From an uncultured Clostridia bacterium (lineage in GTDB: Bacteria; UBA6262; WVXT01), in contig CAYOFG010000005.1 of NCBI GenBank assembly GCA_964403285.1, forward strand, positions 9,995-73,994: 64,000 nt of DNA, written 5' to 3'. The notes under the pieces were generated by a model that was given only the letters and a program-made list of their open reading frames with translations, ran no database searches and was not told where the DNA came from. Positions within the stretch are counted from its first letter, which is position 1. Each line of letters opens with the position of its first letter. Made by a program: the position numbers and the translations under genes. Below are positions 1-10,268 of this stretch, one piece after another.

Positions 1-86
1 CTATTTTTCCAGGGATATCTGTAAAAGCAAAGGAAACACAGGCGGTAAGCATTGGTTATGGCTGGTCCACAGAAGAGAATGAAAGA

Positions 87-1271
87 GTGGCAATGAGGAA
101 GGCAGTTTCTATGGTTAATAAACAATTGGCAGGAGTGGTGCCTGAGTATATCCTTCTCTTTTCTACTGTGGGTTATGATTCCCAGAAAGTTCTTCAGGAA
201 GCAAGAAGGTTCTTTGGAGAGAGGGTGAAAATCCACGGTGGGACTTCCAGTGGGGCGGTGTTTACTCCAGGGGGTTATCATGGGGGTAAATCTGACTCAT
301 TGGCTCTCTTGGCTGTGGCTTCTCCCAGGATGACCTTTGGAGTGGGAGGTGCATCTTTAGGAAAAGTGAGCTCAGCAAGGGAAGCAGGAAGCAAGGCAAT
401 TCTGGAAGCAATTGAGAATGCAAGGAAGAAGAGAGAAGACAAGCCAAAACTGATTTTGATGACAGCAGCGCCGGGAAAAGAAGAGGAAATTATACAGGGT
501 ATAGAAGAGGTAATCGGTAAAAGAGTTCCCATATTCGGAGGTAGTGCTGGAGATGATGATAATAGCGGAAAGTGGGAAGAATTTGCCAATGATCGTGTAT
601 ATGGTAATGGCGTTGTCTTGACCGCAGTGTATACAGACTTGAAAGTTGGCTGGGCATTTGAAAGTGGATATCTGAGAAGCGAGAGGAGTGGCATTGCTAC
701 TAAAGTTAAAGAAAGGATCATTTATGAGATAGACCGAAAGCCAGCAGCCCGGGTTTACGACAATTGGATAGGGGGAGAGCTTAGTGAGATTCTCAAAACA
801 GAAAAAGAGAAAATGTCTATCCAAGCAAAGACTGTTTTTTATCCTCTGGCAAAGATTGTCAAAGGAAATGGTGGAGAGACATATTATATTTCCATGCATC
901 CAGCACCGTATGGACCTTCCCAGGAGTTTCTCGAGGTGCGTACCAATGTGGAAGAAGGAGATACTCTTTTCCTTATGCGTGGTGGTTGGGAATTACTCCT
1001 CAACAGGGCCAGGACAACAAGTCTTGAGGCAACGGTAAAAGGAAGAATTCTTCCCCGAGACATAGCCTTCGGAATAGCTTTCTTCTGTGCGGGCACAATG
1101 TTGGGTATACCTCCAGAAGAGAGACCCAAGATTCCCCCATTAGTTAAGGATGGTCTGGTAGGTGCTCCTTTTATTGGTACTTTTACTTTTGGAGAGCAGG
1201 GCTTCTTACCCGGGGTGGGAAATGTCCATGGAAATCTGGTAAGTGTAGCGGTCGTCTTTGGCAATAAATGA
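87..1271 (+). CDS. FIST-domain sensory protein (putative)
   Basis: 394-aa ORF. The Gly-rich N-terminal block (HGGTSSGAVFTPGGYHGG) and the C-terminal ...PFIGTFTFGEQGF...GNVHGNLVSVAVVFG resemble FIST_N/FIST_C modules. It lies directly upstream of a histidine kinase. Confidence 0.45.
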   Translation: MAMRKAVSMVNKQLAGVVPEYILLFSTVGYDSQKVLQEARRFFGERVKIHGGTSSGAVFTPGGYHGGKSDSLALLAVASPRMTFGVGGASLGKVSSAREAGSKAILEAIENARKKREDKPKLILMTAAPGKEEEIIQGIEEVIGKRVPIFGGSAGDDDNSGKWEEFANDRVYGNGVVLTAVYTDLKVGWAFESGYLRSERSGIATKVKERIIYEIDRKPAARVYDNWIGGELSEILKTEKEKMSIQAKTVFYPLAKIVKGNGGETYYISMHPAPYGPSQEFLEVRTNVEEGDTLFLMRGGWELLLNRARTTSLEATVKGRILPRDIAFGIAFFCAGTMLGIPPEERPKIPPLVKDGLVGAPFIGTFTFGEQGFLPGVGNVHGNLVSVAVVFGNK

Positions 1272-1282
1272 CCTTCAGGCTT

Positions 1283-1390
1283 TAGTGTAGGGGCTCAATT
1301 TATTGAGCCCGACGATAACGGGTTCCGATTTATCGGAACCCCTACAAAAGCCCGCGGGGATGGGTTCGATGAATCGAACCCCTACAATGT
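1283..1390. repeat. cluster of three short palindromic hairpins (REP-like)
   Basis: The three hairpins are GGGGCTCAATTTATTGAGCCC, GGGTTCCGATTTATCGGAACCC and GGGTTCGATGAATCGAACCC. Each is followed by CCTACAA. A related unit recurs at 58121-58145. Confidence 0.7.
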
Positions 1391-3340
1391 ATGAGATACT
1401 CTTGTAAATCCTGGGAGGAGCGGATGGACAGAACGGCTGGTCGTGTTTCCCAAAAAAGGTCAAGTATTTTTATTAAAATTTTTCTTTTGATGGCTGGTTT
1501 AGGTATAGGAATATCGATACCGAGCATCTTAATATTTACAGCTCACCACATAAGATATGCGAAGAATATTTTGCTTGAAAACAATAAGCTAATTGCTGAA
1601 TTGGCTTCTATGAATGTTCAGTCTGGATACTTCTTACAGCAGTGGCCTTTTGAATTCTTTAAGAAGATTAAAGATAATGAGAACATTGTTTACTGGAGAG
1701 TAGTCAAACCGGATGGGGAAATCTACTTGGCTGACGATGCAGAAGTCTGGGGGAAGAGGATTGAGGATGAGGCTGTGACCACAAGAACAACTTTGATGAA
1801 AGAGGACATTCTTTCTACAACTGGTGAGAAGATAGGAGTAATAGTTAGACCATTAGATATAAAGGAGGATGGCAGACAGTGGACTTTTTGGTTAGGATAC
1901 TCACTGGAACCGATTCTCGTTATGAAAAGGAAAGTATTATTTATGAGTCTTGGTGTGGAGTTCTTGATTATGATACTTGTTGGTTTTCTTGCTTACTATT
2001 TTTCTAAAGGGATTACTAGACCAGTAAAGCAGTTAGTAGAAGGAACGAAAGCCATATCTGAGGGTAATCTCGATTACGAAATAAAAACAGAATCCAATGA
2101 TGAAATTGGAGAACTGGCAGATTCGTATAACAAGATGGCTTACGATTTAAAGAGAACAACTATTTCCCGGGACTACTTTGACAATATAATCAGGAGTATG
2201 ATTGATACTTTAGTTATCTTTGACTCCCAGGAAAAGATTAAGATGGTGAATCGGGCAACCCTTGACCTTTTACAATATAGAGAAGAAGAACTAATCGGAA
2301 AACCTGCCAGTATACTTTTTGCAGAAGGCGAACCACTCTTCAAGAAAGAAAAGTTGGGAGAACTGATTGAAAAAGGCAAAATCAGGAATTTTGATACTAC
2401 TTATTTAACCAAGTCGGGAGAGAAAATTCCTGTCAGCTTTAGCGGGTCTATAATGAGAAATGTACAAGGAGAAATTGAAGGGATTGTGGGTGTGGCTAAA
2501 GATATAAGAAAGACCCAGAAGCTCATTTCTGAATTGAAAGCAGCGAATTTAGAACTAACCAGAAGTAAGAATGCAATGTTAAATATGTTGGAAGATTTGG
2601 ATGAGTCGCATAGGGAGTTAAAAACTCTCCACTCTCAACTTCTCCAGACGGAGAAGATGGTAGCAGTGGGAAGATTAGCAGCGGGAGTTGCTCATGAGAT
2701 AAATAATCCCTTATCCGGAGTTTTAGGGTTTGCCCAGGTACTTTTACAGGAGATTCCCGAAGGAAATGCCTGGCGCAGGGACGTGGGAAAGATTGAGGAG
2801 GGTGCCAAGCGATGTAAGAAGATTGTTTCCGACCTTTTAACTTTTTCCCGGCAGGAAGATTTTGAGTTGGAGCTTGCTGACATTAGAGAAGTAATCGATT
2901 CCACTCTCAGCCTGTGTCAGAATCAGATCTTATTGGAGAAGATCAAGATAATTAGGGATTATGAGGAAAACTTACCTAAATTGAGAGTAAGTATTCCTCA
3001 AATAGAGCAGGTCTTTCTCAATCTGATTACCAATGCGATTCAAGCTATGTCCGACGGCGGGGAACTAAAAATTTCAACTCGCTGGGGAAATGGAGGAGAT
3101 TCTGTAGAAATTTCTTTCACTGATACTGGGAAGGGAATCGAGAAAGAAAATTTGCCCAAAATATTTGAGCCGTTCTATACTACTCAAGAAGTGGGAAAAG
3201 GCACTGGATTGGGACTTTCTGTAAGTTATGAGATACTGAAGAGACATAATGGCAGTATCAAGGCAGAAAGTGAAGGAGAGGGCAAGGGAGCGCGTTTTAT
3301 GGTGATTTTACCCGTGGAAAAGAAGGAATATGAAAGTTAA
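1391..3340 (+). CDS. sensor histidine kinase (TM-HAMP-PAS-HisKA-HATPase)
   Basis: Two TM segments and a PAS region. H-box AHEINNPLSGVLGFAQ, then N/G1/G2 boxes (NLITNAIQA; DTGKGI; GTGLGLS). The true start is probably internal to the listed ORF. Confidence 0.85.
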   Translation: MRYSCKSWEERMDRTAGRVSQKRSSIFIKIFLLMAGLGIGISIPSILIFTAHHIRYAKNILLENNKLIAELASMNVQSGYFLQQWPFEFFKKIKDNENIVYWRVVKPDGEIYLADDAEVWGKRIEDEAVTTRTTLMKEDILSTTGEKIGVIVRPLDIKEDGRQWTFWLGYSLEPILVMKRKVLFMSLGVEFLIMILVGFLAYYFSKGITRPVKQLVEGTKAISEGNLDYEIKTESNDEIGELADSYNKMAYDLKRTTISRDYFDNIIRSMIDTLVIFDSQEKIKMVNRATLDLLQYREEELIGKPASILFAEGEPLFKKEKLGELIEKGKIRNFDTTYLTKSGEKIPVSFSGSIMRNVQGEIEGIVGVAKDIRKTQKLISELKAANLELTRSKNAMLNMLEDLDESHRELKTLHSQLLQTEKMVAVGRLAAGVAHEINNPLSGVLGFAQVLLQEIPEGNAWRRDVGKIEEGAKRCKKIVSDLLTFSRQEDFELELADIREVIDSTLSLCQNQILLEKIKIIRDYEENLPKLRVSIPQIEQVFLNLITNAIQAMSDGGELKISTRWGNGGDSVEISFTDTGKGIEKENLPKIFEPFYTTQEVGKGTGLGLSVSYEILKRHNGSIKAESEGEGKGARFMVILPVEKKEYES

Positions 3341-3710
3341 AATTAATGTTCTTATAATTGACGATGATGAAATTGTCCGGGACCTTTTCTTAAGAGTTTT
3401 GCAGAAGAGGGAGAATGTTAAGGTATTTGTGGCAGAGAATGGAAATGAGGGCATAGAAATTCTGAAAAGGAATCCTTTGCATACTATATTTCTCGATTTA
3501 GGGTTGCCAGAGATAAATGGAATTGAGACCTTTGAGAAGATACAGAGGCTGAACTTGAATGTAATAGTGACATTTATGACTGCGAGCTCAAATCTGAGTT
3601 TGGAGGAAAAGGCTAAGAAAATTCCTAACACTCAGGTAGTTTATAAACCATTAGAGATTGAAGAAATTTATAATATAGTTGATAGGAATTCAAAGAAACG
3701 TCTAAATTAA
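3330..3710 (+). CDS. single-domain response regulator (receiver only)
   Basis: 126 aa. DD pair (LIIDDDE), phospho-acceptor Asp in FLDLGLP, conserved Lys in YKPLE. No output domain. Confidence 0.85.
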   Translation: MKVKINVLIIDDDEIVRDLFLRVLQKRENVKVFVAENGNEGIEILKRNPLHTIFLDLGLPEINGIETFEKIQRLNLNVIVTFMTASSNLSLEEKAKKIPNTQVVYKPLEIEEIYNIVDRNSKKRLN

Positions 3711-3740
3711 ATTTATGCATACTGGAATTATGGAGGAGGG

Positions 3741-5429
3741 ATGGCGCGAGAAAGAATACTGATTGTGGATGACGAGATAGAGACCAGGGATGTGTGTAAG
3801 AGGCTCCTCAGCAAAAAAGGTTATCTGGTAAAGTTCGCCGAGGATGGACCGACAGCACTCAAAGTGATTAGAGATAGTTACTTTCAAGTGGTGCTTGCCG
3901 ATTTGAAGATGCCTGGTATAGATGGACTGACACTACTGAAGCGGATAAAAGAGGAACGTCCCCGAACAGAAGTAATTATTATTACCGGCTATGCGAGCAT
4001 CAATACAGCAGTTAAGGCAATGCGCATCGGTGCTTATGACTATATTGTAAAGCCATTCGATATCAATGAACTGGCCTTAGTAGTTGGTAGATGCCTGGAG
4101 AAACAGAGGTTGACGAGCAAGGTGGGTGAACTCAAAGAGGTTGTGGCTCTTTATGAGGTCAGTAAGGCAATGCGCTCGGTTATGGATTTGGGCAAGCTCC
4201 TCAAAACCATTCTTAAATTGGCTTGTGAGACAATGGCTGGTGATGGAGGGGTGTTGATGTTATTTGATAGAGAGGGAAAGGAGTTGCTTCCCCGAGTGCG
4301 AATCGGTTTAAAGAGGAAATGGTTAGGAACCATTAAAAAGGAGATTGAGGAGAGAATACCAGAATGGACGGGAAAAGGGAATAGTCCACTGCTACTTAGA
4401 AATATGGTCGGAGATTACTCTGATGGCAGGAAGGATAAGAGGTTTAAGAATAATATTTCAGGTATTGCCGTCCCCTTAAGAATAAAAGGTAGAGTGTTCG
4501 GGGTGATAAGTGTAAATAATTTTAAGGGGGGTGGGGAGAAGTTTACAGGAGAGAGTGCGAAGTTATTAACAATATTTGCCACCAATGCTTCTTTAGCTCT
4601 GGAAAACGCAAAAATTTATGTAAGGCTGGAACAGAAGAAGAAAGATTTGGAGAAGGCTAATGAACGGTTGAGAGAATTAGATAAATTGAAATCTCAGTTT
4701 GTGTTTATTCTTTCTGGCGAGTTGAGGAGGCCATTGGCTGCGGTGCAAGGGGCGATAGATTTGTTGGCAGCAAAATTGCCAAAAGAAGTAACAGCCGAAA
4801 AAGAAAGATTAATAAAAATTGCCAGAAATAATACTACTCGCATGGGAAAGTTGATTGAGGAATTGCTCGATTTTTCCCGAATAGAAGCAAGCACTATGAA
4901 ATTAAAAATGGAGAAGGTTTCCCTACCGGAAGTTGTCTCAGAGGCAGTTATTGAATCCAAAACTTTACTTGATAAGAGAGGGATTTCCCTACAAACTTTC
5001 TTACCCAGAAGTCCTGCTGAGGTATTTGCTGATTTTTACAGACTGAAGCAGGTGATTGTAAACTTGCTCAAAAATGCTGTAAACTTTACACCCCATAGAG
5101 GAAGAGTGGCTATCCAGGTGGAAGATAGAGAAAAGGAAGTGCGGATCGCTGTTGAGGATAAGGGAATGGGAATCCCCTCTAAAAACCAGAGTAAGATTTT
5201 CGAGAAGTTCTATCAGGTCAACGGCTCTTGGATAAAGAATGCTGGCGGATTTGGATTGGGCTTATACATTGCCAAGGCTATTGTGGAGGCGCATGGAGGA
5301 AGGATTTGGGTAAAGAGTGCACCGGGTAAAGGTAGTAAGTTCACATTCGTTATTCCCAAAGAGAAAAGAGCAAAGCCCCGGCCTTGCCAGAGCGAATTAC
5401 CTAACCTTTTTGATTATTTTATGAATTAG
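3741..5429 (+). CDS. hybrid REC-GAF-HisKA-HATPase histidine kinase
   Basis: N-terminal receiver (ILIVDDE...VLADLKMPGIDG...YIVKPF), central GAF-like region, H-box region (GELRRPL), HATPase (GMGIPS, GFGLGL). It is a paralogue of 51258-53192. Confidence 0.85.
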   Translation: MARERILIVDDEIETRDVCKRLLSKKGYLVKFAEDGPTALKVIRDSYFQVVLADLKMPGIDGLTLLKRIKEERPRTEVIIITGYASINTAVKAMRIGAYDYIVKPFDINELALVVGRCLEKQRLTSKVGELKEVVALYEVSKAMRSVMDLGKLLKTILKLACETMAGDGGVLMLFDREGKELLPRVRIGLKRKWLGTIKKEIEERIPEWTGKGNSPLLLRNMVGDYSDGRKDKRFKNNISGIAVPLRIKGRVFGVISVNNFKGGGEKFTGESAKLLTIFATNASLALENAKIYVRLEQKKKDLEKANERLRELDKLKSQFVFILSGELRRPLAAVQGAIDLLAAKLPKEVTAEKERLIKIARNNTTRMGKLIEELLDFSRIEASTMKLKMEKVSLPEVVSEAVIESKTLLDKRGISLQTFLPRSPAEVFADFYRLKQVIVNLLKNAVNFTPHRGRVAIQVEDREKEVRIAVEDKGMGIPSKNQSKIFEKFYQVNGSWIKNAGGFGLGLYIAKAIVEAHGGRIWVKSAPGKGSKFTFVIPKEKRAKPRPCQSELPNLFDYFMN

Positions 5430-5440
5430 GAGGGTCTCTA

Positions 5441-7987
5441 TTGGAAAGAACATCTCAACCAGATGTCTTCTTGGTTAATATTGTATATAAATATACAGGA
5501 CTTCTCGCTGGCATGGTGTGGCCATTAATACTAATTTTGAGAGAAATTCCACTTAGTAAATTCCCGCAAACATTTTCAGTTATCTTTTTAATAGTTGTTT
5601 TTAATATTGCCAGTAGCAAAATGATGCTCAAAGGTAAGTTTCTAAAATTGAATAAGCTACTCATGGGACTACTGAATATTCTTTTCGTGACCCTTCTGGT
5701 CTACTACTCAGGCGGTTACAAGTCGAACCTCTGGGTGATGTTTTTATTGCCCCTGATAATAGTTTCCTTGTTGTATTCGCTAAAGGAGGTGATTGTCGCT
5801 GCATCTTTTGTAACGATAATTTGTAGCCTCTTCTACTTTCTCCAGACCGAGAAAATTCAATTTGAGGGTGTTGCCTGGCTATTGTTGAAGAGTAGCATAT
5901 TTTTTGTTGTAAGTCTAATCTTCAAAAAGATTGTAGAGTTAGAGACAAAACATAGGGAGGCTTTTCAGGAGAAGAGCCGCGAGCTAATTAAAACTCGGGA
6001 TTATACGGACAACATTGTTAGGAATATGTTAGATTCTCTAATTGTAATTAGCCCTGATGCTAAGATAGAAAGGATAAATAAGGCAGCACTTGATATTTTG
6101 AATTATAACGAAAGGGAACTGATAAAAAAGCCAGTTACCAAAATTTTTTCTCAGAAAGACGGAGAACTCTTACAGGGTCGCCAATGGGGGGAGTTGCTAA
6201 ACAAAGGTTTCGTCAGGGATTTCGAGTTGACTTATGTAACTAAAAGAGGAGACAGAATTCCCGTAAGTCTTAGTGGCTCGGTAATGAGGGATGGTGAGGG
6301 GAAGACCGAGGCTGTTGTGGCAGTAGTTAGAGATATGCGGGCTCTGAAGACTCTAATTGCAGGTTTAGAGAAAGCAGGAAGAGAGATTAGAGAGTATAGC
6401 CAGAGTCTGGAAAGGAAGGTTGATGAGAGAACCAAAGAGATAAAAAAGCATGCTCATGAGTTTTCTATCATTTATGAAATAAACAAAGGTATCAGCTACA
6501 CCCTTGATATCCGCCAAATTTTAGAAACGATAATGGGTTCACTCCATAGACTGATAGACTACGATGTTTTCGCATCATTATTGATAGAAGGAGGGAAAGG
6601 AGAATTAATCATAGAATCCTGCCATTCACTAGATGAGAGGTTTCTTCAGGCGGTCAAGTTGAATCTGGCAGGTGTAGCGAATTCTCTTCTCGGCCGGGAT
6701 GTAAAAGTTGAAGATTTAAGAGTTACTTTGAGAAAGGAGAAAAGTTTCAGGCTTCGGCAACAAGTTGAAGGAGAATTGGAATCTTTCCTTAACGTACCTT
6801 TGGTTATTGAAAATCTTCCCCTGGGGATTCTGCACATAAGCAGTTTTAGAAAGAATGCATTTTCTGAAGATGACATCAGAATACTTCACACCATTGCCGA
6901 CCAGGTGGCTTCTGCACATAAGAAACTGAAGGAGTTAATCTCCAAAGAGAAGAGAAAAATTGAATCGATGGTGGAGAGTATGGGTGAAGGGGTAATAATG
7001 ACTGATGAGAGTGACAATCCGCTGGTGTTGAATCCTGCAGCAAAGGGGATGCTGGGAATCTCTTCCATAGATAGTATGAGCGATGAGGAAATGTGGAATT
7101 ATTTTGGAAAGCTTAAACTGGGCAGATTGTATCAAAAACTTTCCCAACAGGCAGGTGACGGGGTGGTTACTGAGGATGTGGATTTAGACGAACCTAAGCC
7201 AATTACTTTAAAAGTCACCTCTTCCCTGGTAAGGAATCACCTGGGCGAGAGACTGGGAGTGGTGACTGTATTGCGAGATGTTACTAAAGAGAAAGAGCTT
7301 GACCGCATGAAATCCGACTTCATTTCCTTCGTCTCTCACGAGTTACGTACTCCCCTTACAATTGTAAAGGGGTTTGCGACCATTATGTTGGACGATGCAT
7401 CGGACAGGCTTACCAGAGAGCAAAAGGAACAGTTATCCTATATCAATGAGAGTATCGACCACCTTTCCCGTATAATTTCCAATCTCCTGGACATTTCCAA
7501 AATAGAAGCGGGAAAGTTGCGGCTGGAAAAGAAGAGCGTAGATATTGTCTCCTTAATTAAAAAGGTGTTACGTTCATTCAGGCTATATGCCAAAAGTAAA
7601 GAGATTAAATTGGAGACTTCTTTTGCTACAAAATTGTCCCTTGTTTCGGCTGACCCCGACCGCCTGACACAAGTACTTACGAATCTTATTGACAATGCCA
7701 TTAAATTCTCTCACAAGAATGGAGAAGTTTTTATCAAAGCAAAAGAGGAGAAAGATGTTATTGAAGTCAGTGTCGCCGATTCGGGAATAGGTATCTCTCC
7801 AGAAAATTTCAATAGAATCTTCAATAAATTCCAGAGAGTAGAGAAGGGAATTAGTTCCAAGTTGAGAGGGACAGGACTGGGACTGCCCATTTCCCGGGAG
7901 ATTATTCAACTTCACGGCGGTAAAATCTGGGTAGAAAGCGAAGAAGGAAGAGGCAGTAAGTTCATTTTTACCCTTCCCCAACAATGA
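5441..7987 (+). CDS. multi-sensor membrane histidine kinase (5-6 TM, PAS, GAF, PAS, HisKA, HATPase)
   Basis: Hydrophobic N-terminal third, PAS/GAF regions, H-box FVSHELRTPLT, HATPase motifs (DNAIKFS, DSGIGIS, GTGLGL). Confidence 0.85.
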   Translation: MERTSQPDVFLVNIVYKYTGLLAGMVWPLILILREIPLSKFPQTFSVIFLIVVFNIASSKMMLKGKFLKLNKLLMGLLNILFVTLLVYYSGGYKSNLWVMFLLPLIIVSLLYSLKEVIVAASFVTIICSLFYFLQTEKIQFEGVAWLLLKSSIFFVVSLIFKKIVELETKHREAFQEKSRELIKTRDYTDNIVRNMLDSLIVISPDAKIERINKAALDILNYNERELIKKPVTKIFSQKDGELLQGRQWGELLNKGFVRDFELTYVTKRGDRIPVSLSGSVMRDGEGKTEAVVAVVRDMRALKTLIAGLEKAGREIREYSQSLERKVDERTKEIKKHAHEFSIIYEINKGISYTLDIRQILETIMGSLHRLIDYDVFASLLIEGGKGELIIESCHSLDERFLQAVKLNLAGVANSLLGRDVKVEDLRVTLRKEKSFRLRQQVEGELESFLNVPLVIENLPLGILHISSFRKNAFSEDDIRILHTIADQVASAHKKLKELISKEKRKIESMVESMGEGVIMTDESDNPLVLNPAAKGMLGISSIDSMSDEEMWNYFGKLKLGRLYQKLSQQAGDGVVTEDVDLDEPKPITLKVTSSLVRNHLGERLGVVTVLRDVTKEKELDRMKSDFISFVSHELRTPLTIVKGFATIMLDDASDRLTREQKEQLSYINESIDHLSRIISNLLDISKIEAGKLRLEKKSVDIVSLIKKVLRSFRLYAKSKEIKLETSFATKLSLVSADPDRLTQVLTNLIDNAIKFSHKNGEVFIKAKEEKDVIEVSVADSGIGISPENFNRIFNKFQRVEKGISSKLRGTGLGLPISREIIQLHGGKIWVESEEGRGSKFIFTLPQQ

Positions 7988-8048
7988 ATGAAAAGTCTGG
8001 AGTCCCCGATTTCATCGGGGGAGGTTGGAGTGTCATTTGTAGGCATCT

Positions 8049-8462
8049 ATGAAGATGAAAAAAAAGATTTTAGTCATTGATGATGAACCTCTGGTAGTTG
8101 AGGTTCTAAAGATTAGGTTGAAAATGAATAATTACGAAGTCATCACAGCCAGCGATGGCACGGAGGGGATAGAAAGGGCAGTGACGGAAAAGCCAGACCT
8201 CATCATTTTGGACGTAGTAATGCCCGGGCTGGATGGTTACCAGGTCTGCCAAAAATTGAAAGAAGATACAAACACCAAGACAATACCCGTTATTATGTTA
8301 ACAGCGCTTGGTCAATCCCCGGGGAGAAAAAAAGGATACTCTGCGGGAGCTCAAGATTATATTTTTAAACCCTTTGACGATGAAGAGTTACTAAATAGCG
8401 TAGAAAAAGCCCTAAAATACAAGATGATAAATTCTTCAAAGAAAAGAAGAAATGCAAACTAA
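8049..8462 (+). CDS. single-domain response regulator
   Basis: 137 aa receiver: ILVIDDEP, IILDVVMPGLDG, conserved Lys in FKPFD. No output domain. Confidence 0.85.
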   Translation: MKMKKKILVIDDEPLVVEVLKIRLKMNNYEVITASDGTEGIERAVTEKPDLIILDVVMPGLDGYQVCQKLKEDTNTKTIPVIMLTALGQSPGRKKGYSAGAQDYIFKPFDDEELLNSVEKALKYKMINSSKKRRNAN

Positions 8463-8474
8463 CGGGGTGCTCAA

Positions 8475-8876
8475 TTGGGTGTTCTAGTAAAGATTCTCGT
8501 TGTTGATGATGAGATAGAGGTGAGGGAATTATGTCGCAGGATATTTAACAAAGAGGGATACGTAGTGCACCTGGCGGTGAACGGGCAAGAAGCACTGGAG
8601 ATTTTGCAGAATAACAGCTACCATGTGGCTGTTGTTGATTTAAAAATGCCCAATATAGACGGGATGAAAGTCCTTGAAAAGATAAAGGAAAATTATCCCC
8701 AGACTGACGTGATTATTATTACCGGCTTTGGGACTATAAAGTCGGCAGTAGAGGCAATTCAGCGAGGAGCATCCAATTATCTTCCCAAGCCATTCGAAAT
8801 TGAAGAACTGAATGGAGCGATTAAAAATTGCCTGTCCAGGCAGAGCCTAATTGACGAAGGAGGAAGTGGAAGCTAA
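8475..8876 (+). CDS. single-domain response regulator
   Basis: 133 aa receiver: ILVVDDE, VVDLKMPNIDG, conserved Lys in LPKPFE. Confidence 0.85.
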   Translation: MGVLVKILVVDDEIEVRELCRRIFNKEGYVVHLAVNGQEALEILQNNSYHVAVVDLKMPNIDGMKVLEKIKENYPQTDVIIITGFGTIKSAVEAIQRGASNYLPKPFEIEELNGAIKNCLSRQSLIDEGGSGS

Positions 8877-9242
8877 GTGAAGAAACCCAAAGTTCTGGTT
8901 GTGGATGATGAACCGGATATCTGTGAAATTTTGGGAGTGTTTCTGGAAGATAATGGTTACCACTTTCTCCAGGCTAGCGATGGAAAACAAGCGATAGCCA
9001 AGGTAGAAAAGGAGAAGCCAGAAATAGTAATCCTGGATGTAGCTATGCCCAAAATGAGTGGGTTAGAAGTTCTTCGTAGAATAAAAAAGGATAATAAAGA
9101 AACAAATGTAATCTTGATTACCGCGTACCAGGATGCGGAAAAGGTTGTAGAGGCATTCCATTTAGGTGCTGACGACCTCGTATTTAAACCCTTTAACTTT
9201 AAATATTTAAGAAAAGTCCTCTCATCAAAAATTAGTGGTTAA
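8877..9242 (+). CDS. single-domain response regulator
   Basis: 121 aa receiver: VLVVDDEPD, VILDVAMPKMSG, conserved Lys in FKPFN. Its start overlaps the stop of the previous receiver gene. Confidence 0.85.
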   Translation: MKKPKVLVVDDEPDICEILGVFLEDNGYHFLQASDGKQAIAKVEKEKPEIVILDVAMPKMSGLEVLRRIKKDNKETNVILITAYQDAEKVVEAFHLGADDLVFKPFNFKYLRKVLSSKISG

Positions 9243-9313
9243 CAAAATTCCTGATTCCCCTCTCAGCTATACCTATCTAAAGATATGACTTCCCGAATCT
9301 AAAAAGGAAAATT

Positions 9314-10243
9314 ATGAAGAGCAGAATACTGGTTGTTGATGATGAGTTGAGCATTGTCGATTTCCTTGGTGGACAACTGGCAAACAGAGGATATGATGTC
9401 CTAAAAGCTTTCGATGGAGAGGAGGGCATTGATTTAGCCAAGAAAGAATTGCCGGACCTTGTGCTTCTGGACGTGCGTATGCCCAAAATGGATGGATTTG
9501 AAATCTGCCGAAAACTGAGAGAAGACCGTATGACTTATCTTATTCCCGTGATAATGATCACGGGGAAAAGGGAACAGGAAGATAAGATTACAGGGATTAA
9601 GTCTGGGGCTGACGATTATGTCACTAAACCCTTTGACCTACCGGAATTATTAGCCAGAATAGAAGGAGTTCTCTGGCGGACAAAGGTAGGAAAGGGAAGT
9701 AACCCCTTAACGGGCTTACCAGGGGCTCCGTCAATTGAGTATGAAATAAGCAAAAGGATAAACAATAGGAGTAAATATGCGGTTTGCTATCTCGATTTAG
9801 ATAATTTTAAAGCATACAATGACAAATATGGATATGACCAGGGAGATAAAGTTATTGTCTTTACAGCTAAGGTTTTAATTCAGGCAATAACTAAGGAAGG
9901 AAATGCAGATGACTTTCTTGGCCACATTGGCGGTGATGATTTTATTATAGTGACCACTCCCGAGAGAGTGGAAAGTATATGTAGAGTGGTCATTGATAAT
10001 TTTGACCTCAATATTCCCGTATTCTATGCTGAAGAAGATATAAAGAAAGGTTACATTGAGACGATTGACCGTAGAGGTAATCTCCATAGGTTCCCCTTTA
10101 TGACCCTTTCTATAGGGGTGTCCACCAATGAGAGGCGAACTTTTAATAGTCCCCTGGAGGTATCAGCCATAGCCACTGAAATGAAACAATATGCCAAGAC
10201 CTTTACGGGCAGTAACTATAAAGAAGATAGAAGAACTGGTTAA
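9314..10243 (+). CDS. response regulator with GGDEF (diguanylate cyclase-type) output; GGDDF variant
   Basis: Receiver (ILVVDDE...LLDVRMPKMDG...VTKPF) followed by NPLTGLPG...LDLDNFKAYND...HIGGDDF. The signature reads GGDDF instead of GGDEF, and no RxxD I-site is visible upstream of the motif. Confidence 0.8.
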   Translation: MKSRILVVDDELSIVDFLGGQLANRGYDVLKAFDGEEGIDLAKKELPDLVLLDVRMPKMDGFEICRKLREDRMTYLIPVIMITGKREQEDKITGIKSGADDYVTKPFDLPELLARIEGVLWRTKVGKGSNPLTGLPGAPSIEYEISKRINNRSKYAVCYLDLDNFKAYNDKYGYDQGDKVIVFTAKVLIQAITKEGNADDFLGHIGGDDFIIVTTPERVESICRVVIDNFDLNIPVFYAEEDIKKGYIETIDRRGNLHRFPFMTLSIGVSTNERRTFNSPLEVSAIATEMKQYAKTFTGSNYKEDRRTG

Positions 10244-10268
10244 TAAAAAGTGACAGGTAGTTTTTTTT

